The notes under the pieces are model-generated. The model searched no databases. It had not been told where the DNA came from and saw only the letters and a list, made by a program, of their open reading frames with translations. A DNA stretch of 64,000 bases, from positions 1,504,001 to 1,568,000 of the forward strand of contig CBDFLJ010000002.1 in NCBI GenBank assembly GCA_965248835.1, in the 5' to 3' direction. The stretch is from Alphaproteobacteria bacterium. GTDB taxonomy: Bacteria > Pseudomonadota > Alphaproteobacteria > MPNO01. Positions 57,677-64,000 of the stretch are shown in pieces. Each line of letters begins with the position of its first letter. The stretch's first letter is position 1. Both the position numbers and the translations under genes were made by a program.

Positions 57677-58698
57677 TCAGGGACCGGGCAGGTCGATGTC
57701 GAACAGCCGGGCCGGGTTCTCCGCGAAGATCGCCCGCCGGTCGGCTTCCGACAGCGCCGTGCAATCGTTGACCACCTTGATCGCGCCCTCCATGGCCCGC
57801 CGTCCGAAAAAGGGGTTGTCGGTGCCGAAGCAGACATGGTCGACGCCGGCCCAGCGGGTCGCATCACCGAGGACCTCGGAATCGTAGGTCAGCGTGTCGT
57901 AGTAGAACTTCCTGAAGTGGTCCTTGGCGTCGCCGCCGAAGCGCTTGTCGAGCGCAAGCTCGGTCTCCTCGAGAAAGGACTCGTAGCCCTCGCTCAGCCT
58001 CCGCGGAGGAACGGTACCGTGCCTCCGAAGTGGGAGAGCAGGATCCGCAGGTTCGGGTAGCGCTCCATGTGGCCGCCATAGACGAGCCGGGCCGCGGCCA
58101 GCGTCGTGTCCATTGTGAAACCGACGATCACCTCCAGCCGGTGCCGCTGCATCCGCTCACGGCCGGCGGGTGCGATGGGGTGCATGAAGGCCGGGACGTC
58201 GAGGTCGGTCATCGCCGCGAAGAAGTCCTCGAACTGTTCCGCGTCGAGGTCCTCGAAGCTGATGTTGGTGCCAAGCAGGCATCCCTTCATCCCGAGGTCG
58301 TTCACGGCCGAGCGCAACACATCGACGGCCGAAGGAACGTCCTGGAGCGGCACCGCCGCCAGGGCCTCGAACTTGCCCGGGTAGTCCCGCACCAGCCGGG
58401 CGAGTTCCGCGTTGTAGATCTGGCAGAGCTCGCGGCCGAGCCCCGGGTCGGCCCAGAACACCATCGGTGGGGCAATGGACAGCACCTGCATGTCCACCCC
58501 CGCCTCCTCCATCTCCGCAAGGCGCACCCCGATGTCGTAGAACCGCGGCAGAAAGGTGAAGAAATGCCCCTGCCCGAAACGCAGCACCCGCTGGCCCTTT
58601 TCGTCGCGGACGATGCTGACCGGGTATTTCTCGCCCTGCGCCTCCACCAGATCGAGATAGGGCTCGGGATAGAAATGTGCGTGAGTGTCGATGATCAT
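57677..58698 (-). pseudogene. Amidohydrolase_2 (ACMSD-like), frameshifted near 58000
   Basis: DTHAH...FMHP...SHFGGTVPFL then stop; the adjacent frame continues RLSEGY...FYYDT...FGTDNPF...ENPARLF to TGA at 57677. Confidence 0.88.
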
Positions 58699-58789
58699 CC
58701 GCCGTCCTCTCGCCGCCTCGATTCTTCGGAGGGTGTGCCGGTCGGGCATCCTGCCTCAGCCGACGCGGGATTGCCATCCGCAGGGAGGC

Positions 58790-59668
58790 TCAGGCGGCCG
58801 CCCTTTGGCGGCTCATCGCGGTGTCGCGCACGGTGCTGTAATAGGTGCTCACGAACAGGACCGCCGCGCCGACCCATGTCCAGACGCTGGGCAGTTCGGT
58901 GAAAAAGATGTAGCCCAGAAGAGCGACCACCGGCATACGCAGGTAGAGCGCGGGTGAGACGAGACTCGCCTCGGCGGCGGCGAACGACTTGGTCATGCAG
59001 ATCTGCGCGCCGAACGCCGCCAGCACGAAGGCACCGATCCACGGAAGATCAGCCGGGCCGGGGGTCACCCAGTCCAGCGCGGCCGGCACCACCACGATGG
59101 GAATTTGCAGGATGAAGCTGTAGAAAAGCACCTGGTTGACGCTGCCGGCGCCGGTGAGGAAGCGAGTCATGACGTCGACGCCGGCGAACAGCAGCGCCGC
59201 GGCGAGCGCGATCAGGATGCCGGCATTCACCTCGGCAAAGCCCGGCCGGACGATGATCAGCGCGCCGGCAAAGCCGAACACGATCCCAATCCAGCGGTGG
59301 CGGTGGACCCGCTCCCCGAGCGCCAGCGCGGCGAGGATCGCCGTAAAGATCGGAAGCGTGAATTGGAGCGCCACCGAATCGGCGACGGTGATCAGCCGGA
59401 CCGAATAGTACGAAGCGAAACTCGCCGCGAAGGTGAGGACCGCGCGGCCGGCATAGAACCGGAGATTTTCCGTCCGCATGCCGGCGAGCCCAAAGCGAAA
59501 CAGCCAGGGCAGCATCACCGCCGTGCCAAAGATAAGGCGGAACAGCAGGATCTCGAATGTCGAGAAGGTCGCCGAAAGGTACCGGACCAGCACGATCGAA
59601 ACCGAGAAGCTGATCGCGGCGGCGGTCATCCAAAGGACGCCCACGACCGGGTTGTGGCGTCCTTTCAT
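58790..59668 (-). CDS. EamA/DMT family transporter
   Basis: ILLFR, GERV..HRW, IIVRPG; about 10 TM segments. Confidence 0.9.
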   Translation of the reverse strand: MKGRHNPVVGVLWMTAAAISFSVSIVLVRYLSATFSTFEILLFRLIFGTAVMLPWLFRFGLAGMRTENLRFYAGRAVLTFAASFASYYSVRLITVADSVALQFTLPIFTAILAALALGERVHRHRWIGIVFGFAGALIIVRPGFAEVNAGILIALAAALLFAGVDVMTRFLTGAGSVNQVLFYSFILQIPIVVVPAALDWVTPGPADLPWIGAFVLAAFGAQICMTKSFAAAEASLVSPALYLRMPVVALLGYIFFTELPSVWTWVGAAVLFVSTYYSTVRDTAMSRQRAAA

Positions 59669-59699
59669 GGTTGTGCTCTACCGCTGATTGGAAGATCGG

Positions 59700-60731
59700 C
59701 TAGCAAGAGCGGCCGCTGACCAGATCGGCGCCTTTGGCCAGCGCCCGCAGCTTGCCCGACGCGGCCGCACGGCTGCGCGGGACCAGACCGCAATCGGTGC
59801 AGGCGATGAGGTGGGCGGCATCGACGTGGTTCAGCGCCGCCTCGATCCGTTGGGCGACGACCGCGACGCTTTCAACCGCCTCCGTCCCGACATCGATCAC
59901 ACCCACCATCACGTCCTTGCCCCGCAGGGCCTGGAGCACGGCGAGATCAACGCCCGAGGCAGCGCATTCGACCGAGACCTGATCGACCGAGCTGTCGGCA
60001 AGCAGCGGAAGCGTTCGGTGGTAATGGCTCCAGTCTTCGTTCGCGGTCTTCCAGGCCAGCACGACCGGCGAGCCGTAGCCGTAGCAGATGTGGACCGCGC
60101 GGGTGGCATCGACCCCGTCGAAGGCGCGTTCGAGGGCCTCGATACCCCAATCGAGGACGGCATCGACATAGATGTTGAAGCACGGCTCGTCGATCTGGAT
60201 CACTTCGCAGCCCGCCTCTGCGAGCGCCTGTGCTTCCCGGTTCAAGATGTCCGCATAAGCCATCGCCACTTCGGCATCCGAGCGGCCGCCATATTCGTCG
60301 ATCACACTGTCGGCGAGGGTCATCGGCCCCGGGAGCGTCACTTTGATCGCCCGGTCGGTCCGGGCGCGGGCGAATTCGTAAGCTTCGACCATCACCGGTC
60401 CCGGCCAGGACAGCTCGCTAAGGATACGCGGCGCCCTGGTCTCTTCGACATAGCGCTGGCCGCGGCTCTTGCGGAGGCCGAGAGTCTGAAAGTCCACCTC
60501 GCCCAGCGCCTCCAGGAACCCCCAGATATAGTGGCGACGGCGTTGCTCCCCGTCGGTCACGATGTCGATGCCCGCCGCGCCCTGCTCGAGCAGCCACGAC
60601 GCGACCGCATCGTCCTGCCCCTCCCTGAGGGCCTCGTCTTCGAGGTTCCAGGGCGCGAAGAGCTGCCTGGGGCCGGCAAGCCATGTCGGCTTGGGAAGGC
60701 TGCCGGCAATGGTCGTGCGGATGCGGTCCAA
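59700..60731 (-). CDS. Core (single-barrel) cobalamin-independent methionine synthase-like Zn enzyme, MesD-like
   Basis: GSLPKP.WLA, DIVTDGEQ, LPGPMT, QIDEP, Zn ligands HIC / VE / TDCG. Confidence 0.82.
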   Translation of the reverse strand: MDRIRTTIAGSLPKPTWLAGPRQLFAPWNLEDEALREGQDDAVASWLLEQGAAGIDIVTDGEQRRRHYIWGFLEALGEVDFQTLGLRKSRGQRYVEETRAPRILSELSWPGPVMVEAYEFARARTDRAIKVTLPGPMTLADSVIDEYGGRSDAEVAMAYADILNREAQALAEAGCEVIQIDEPCFNIYVDAVLDWGIEALERAFDGVDATRAVHICYGYGSPVVLAWKTANEDWSHYHRTLPLLADSSVDQVSVECAASGVDLAVLQALRGKDVMVGVIDVGTEAVESVAVVAQRIEAALNHVDAAHLIACTDCGLVPRSRAAASGKLRALAKGADLVSGRSC

Positions 60732-60867
60732 TGGTGTCTTCCCTATCCGGTTGATGGTCCGCCAGCCCTGCCGCGGCCCGTCCGATCGACCTTGGTCTTC
60801 GACAGTCAAAGCCACAAGGCGGCGGCCACAATGATACCAATAATATCGCTGATGATCTCCGAGGCCA

Positions 60868-61170
60868 TCAGGACGCCCCTCGCCGCTGCGAAAGCCAGGC
60901 AGTCACCTTTCCCTCGACCGGGAAGGCGACACTCACCTCGTCGCTGTTCTCGCCGAGCTGGGTCAGGTAGCGCGGATCGGCCTGGCCCCGGTCGTGGGCG
61001 TTGGTGCACGGCAGGCACACGATCAGGTCGACGCCGTCCCGCTTCATCAGCTTGCGCACTTTCGACCAGCGCCGGGTGCGCTCCCGGAGCGAGAAGACCG
61101 CGTTGCTCCATTCTTGCGACCACTTCTTCGGGTCCGTCTTGACGACGGGCATCAGCTCCAAGGATTTCAT
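60868..61170 (-). pseudogene. Truncated M24/creatinase N-terminal domain protein
   Basis: FSLRERTRRWSKVRKLMKRDGVD...RYLT; ends after 100 aa with no catalytic domain; RBS GGAGG. Confidence 0.65.
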
Positions 61171-61289
61171 CGCAGACCTCCTGTTCGCCGGGCGGAACGG
61201 ACCATGCCTGCCTCGGCGAACCAGATCTTATCGGTGGCGCCGCGTCTGCGGTATCGGAGTTCGGGCGGCGGCCTCCCGGCCGCGGCCGC

Positions 61290-61335
61290 AGCGTGCCTTA
61301 GCGTGCCTTGTTCGCCGATCGGGCTCGCCTATACT
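61290..61335 (+). promoter_or_regulatory. Putative sigma70 promoter with tandem 10-bp direct repeat
   Basis: AGCGTGCCTT x2 (61290-61309) overlapping TTGTTC-N16-TATACT. Confidence 0.5.
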
Positions 61336-61412
61336 CGCGCCACGGTGGCCGCGGATGTTCTCGCCGCCGGTGATATGGCTCTCGAGAACTGAAGGGTCAG
61401 GGGAATTCTGCA

Positions 61413-61826
61413 ATGAACAACCAGACGCGGCCGCGCCCGGTCCCGCAGCCGACGCCGGCCACCCAGCCGTTCTGGGACGGCGCCAGGCAGAAGAAGCTGA
61501 TGCTGCAATACGACCCGGTCTCGCGGCGCTACCAGTTCTGGCCGCGCGCATGCAGCGTGCGCACCGGCAGGCGGAACCTGCGCTGGCGGGAGGCCAAGGG
61601 AAGCGGCACGCTGTATTCGTTCACCCAGACCCATGTGCCGACCGCCGGCTTCGAGGGCAAGGCGCCCTATCTGATCGGGCTGGTCGAGCTCGACGAGGGT
61701 GTGCGCATCATCGCCAACCTGATCAACGTCGCCTCGGACCAGGTGGCGATCGGCATGCGGCTCACGCTTGCCTGGGAGCCGATCTCCGAGGACCTGAACT
61801 ACTTCGCCTTCGAGCCCGCAGGGTAG
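61413..61826 (+). CDS. DUF35 OB-fold protein (ChsH2 C-terminal-like) with degenerate Zn ribbon
   Basis: PFWDG, GSGTLYSFT, PY.IGLVELDEGVR. Confidence 0.88.
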   Translation: MNNQTRPRPVPQPTPATQPFWDGARQKKLMLQYDPVSRRYQFWPRACSVRTGRRNLRWREAKGSGTLYSFTQTHVPTAGFEGKAPYLIGLVELDEGVRIIANLINVASDQVAIGMRLTLAWEPISEDLNYFAFEPAG

Positions 61827-61834
61827 CCGCGGCG

Positions 61835-63358
61835 ATGAAGCTCGGCGACATGCTGTCGGATTGCGCGCGGCGCTATCCCGCGCGCGAGGCGGTCGTATGC
61901 GGCGCGCTTCGGATGACCTTCGCCGGACTGGACGACGCGGCCCACCGGCTGGCCAACGCGCTGATCGGGCTCGGCCAGGGCCATGGCGACCGGGTCGCGC
62001 TCTATCTTCCCAACGGGGCGGAGCTGGTCGTCGCGATGGCCGCGGTCGCGCGGACCGGCGGGATGATCGTGCCGATCAGCACACGGCTGAGCCCGGCCGA
62101 GGTCCGCTTCATCCTGGAGGACTGCACGCCATCGGTGGTGATGTTCGCGCCCGAGTTCCGCCAGACCGTCACCGGCATCGCCGGTGCCGCGCTGATTGCG
62201 GTCGGCGCGCCCGAGCCGGGCGAGCACGGCTACGCGGCGCTGATCGAGGCCGCGCCGCGCCGACCGGCCCCGGCGCTGCCGCCGGAGGTGCGCGACCTGG
62301 TGATCGGCTACACCTCCGGCACGACCGGCCGGCCGAAGGGGGCGATCAACACCCACACCAACATCATCCTGGTCCACGGCTACATGAACTCGATCGAATT
62401 CGGGATGACCGGCGGTGACATCACCCTGGTGACCACGCCGATGGCCCATCGCACCGGGCTCGGGCGTATCGCCAACATGTTCTGCCTTGGCTCGGCGGTC
62501 GTGATCATGCCGCGGTTCGACCCGGCCGAGGCGGTCAGCCTCATCGAGCGAGAGGGGATCACGGTGATCGGCGGGGTGCCGACGATCATCCGCCTGCTCC
62601 TGCCGGAGCTCGAGCGCCGGCCCGAGGCGCTTGCGAGCCTCAGGACCATCGTCGCCACCGGCGAGACCTTTCCGGTCGCGCTCAAGGAGCGGCTGTTCGC
62701 GATCCTGCCCGATCTCGAGATATACAGCTTCCTCGCCCAGACCGAATCGGGTTTCGTCGCCTGCCTCAGACCGGAAGAGCAGCGCACCCACCCCGCCTCC
62801 GTCGGCCGGCCGGTGCCGGGTGTCGAGGTCCGGCTGGTCGACGCTGCGCTCAACAACGTGCCGGTCGGCGAGGCCGGCGAGGCGCTGGTGCGCTGCGGCG
62901 CGCCGGGCGAGGTGATGACCATGCGGGGCTACTACCGCCGGCCGGAGGCCAACGCCGAGACCATCCTGGAGGGCGGCTGGATCCGCACCGGCGACCTGCT
63001 GCGCTACGACGAGGACGGCTATCTCTATTTCGTCGACCGGGTCAAGGACATGATCGTCTCGGGCGGGCTCAACATCTATTCCAAGGAGGTCGAGCTGGCG
63101 CTGGCCGAGCACCCCGGCGTCGCCGACGCGGCGGTGATCGGCGTGCCCGATGACGAGTTCGGCGAGGCGGTGATGGCCTTCGTCGAGCGCGGACCGGACG
63201 GCACGGCGGACGCCGACGACCTGATCGCGCATTGCAGAGCGCGCATCGCGAGCTACAAGAAGCCCAAGCACATCCGGTTCATCGAGGCGCTGCCGCGCAC
63301 CGGCACCGGCAAGGTGCTGAAGGGCGAACTGCGCGCGATCGCCGCCGGGCAGAGGTGA
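61835..63358 (+). CDS. Acyl-CoA synthetase (AMP-binding)
   Basis: YTSGTTGRPKG, RTGD, DRVKDMIVSGG, LPRTGTGK. Confidence 0.92.
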   Translation: MKLGDMLSDCARRYPAREAVVCGALRMTFAGLDDAAHRLANALIGLGQGHGDRVALYLPNGAELVVAMAAVARTGGMIVPISTRLSPAEVRFILEDCTPSVVMFAPEFRQTVTGIAGAALIAVGAPEPGEHGYAALIEAAPRRPAPALPPEVRDLVIGYTSGTTGRPKGAINTHTNIILVHGYMNSIEFGMTGGDITLVTTPMAHRTGLGRIANMFCLGSAVVIMPRFDPAEAVSLIEREGITVIGGVPTIIRLLLPELERRPEALASLRTIVATGETFPVALKERLFAILPDLEIYSFLAQTESGFVACLRPEEQRTHPASVGRPVPGVEVRLVDAALNNVPVGEAGEALVRCGAPGEVMTMRGYYRRPEANAETILEGGWIRTGDLLRYDEDGYLYFVDRVKDMIVSGGLNIYSKEVELALAEHPGVADAAVIGVPDDEFGEAVMAFVERGPDGTADADDLIAHCRARIASYKKPKHIRFIEALPRTGTGKVLKGELRAIAAGQR

Positions 63359-63365
63359 ACGCTTC

Positions 63366-64000
63366 ATGGAACTGCTGCTGAGCGAAGAACAGGTCCTGCT
63401 GCAGCAGAGCGCCACCGCGCTGTGCGAGCGCACAAGCGACGGCGGCGATGCCTGGCAGGCGATCGCCGAGGCCGGCTGGATCGGGCTGCTGGCCGATCCG
63501 GATCACGGCGGCGCGGGGCTGGGCGCGAGCGAGCTTGCGCTGGTCCTCGAGCAGGCCGGCCGGTCGCTCCTTGCGACCCCGCTCGGCGGCGTGGCGGCAG
63601 CGGCGCGTGCCATCGCCGCCGGCGAGAGCGATGCGCTCCGCCAGACGCTGCTGCCGGAGATGCTGGCCGGCCGGCGCGTCGTCGTCCCGGCGCTGCAGGA
63701 AGGCCACGGCGCGATCGATGCCGCGCAACCCGCAACCCGCGCGGCGCCCGATGCCGCCGGCGGTTTCGAGATCTCCGGCACCAAGGACGGGATCCCGGGG
63801 CTGGATGCGCTCGACGGTGTGCTGATCAATGCCGCGAGCGATGCCGGCCCGATGGTGCTGCACATCCCCTGCGATGCGCCGGGCGTCCGGATCACCTGCC
63901 GCGCCGGGATCGACGGCGAGCCGCTCGGCAGCATCGCCTTCGACCGGACGAGCCTGCCGCCAAGCGCAGTGCTGGCGCGCGGCAACGCGGCCGGCGCCTT
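63366..64000 (+). CDS. Acyl-CoA dehydrogenase family protein (3' partial; absent from ORF track)
   Basis: MELLLSEEQVLL...WQAIAEAGWIGL...HGGAGLG..ELALVLEQAGRSL; frame appears open to window end. Confidence 0.85.
   Translation, partial: MELLLSEEQVLLQQSATALCERTSDGGDAWQAIAEAGWIGLLADPDHGGAGLGASELALVLEQAGRSLLATPLGGVAAAARAIAAGESDALRQTLLPEMLAGRRVVVPALQEGHGAIDAAQPATRAAPDAAGGFEISGTKDGIPGLDALDGVLINAASDAGPMVLHIPCDAPGVRITCRAGIDGEPLGSIAFDRTSLPPSAVLARGNAAGA

Noticed and set aside
60732-60867. Cobalamin or SAM riboswitch upstream of the MetE-like gene
   Set aside because: No B12 box or SAM aptamer consensus visible

Overview
High-GC alphaproteobacterial chromosome window (Rhodospirillales-like gene content). 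I found no tRNA, rRNA, CRISPR array or transposase. 1-18 kb: dense catabolic cluster (UrtE/LivF-like ATPase, two CX3C-type amidases, Rieske oxygenase, two UbiD decarboxylases, NicC-like flavin monooxygenase, BNR beta-propeller, flavoprotein, two Rid proteins, signal-less binding-protein-fold protein, acyl-CoA ligase, two amidohydrolases). 18-22 kb: PHA locus (phaR / phasin-phaC-DUF6489-like-phaJ-like). 23-34 kb: core genes (gmk, yicC, rmuC, fabF-acpP-fabG-fabD, rpsF-rpsR-DUF2232-rplI, NAD kinase); S6 and L9 carry tandem-repeat acidic tails and the S6 repeat contains a frameshift. 34-48 kb: CoA metabolism, a TPP riboswitch in front of an APH-fold kinase, pcaIJ and dinB. 48-64 kb: heme-oxygenase-like diiron enzyme paired with a luciferase-like monooxygenase beside a decayed flavin reductase, a TAXI/TRAP system, a MesD-like core methionine synthase without adjacent MesX, several pseudogenes and an acyl-CoA cluster running off the end. 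All family assignments come from recognising motifs by eye, not from database searches.
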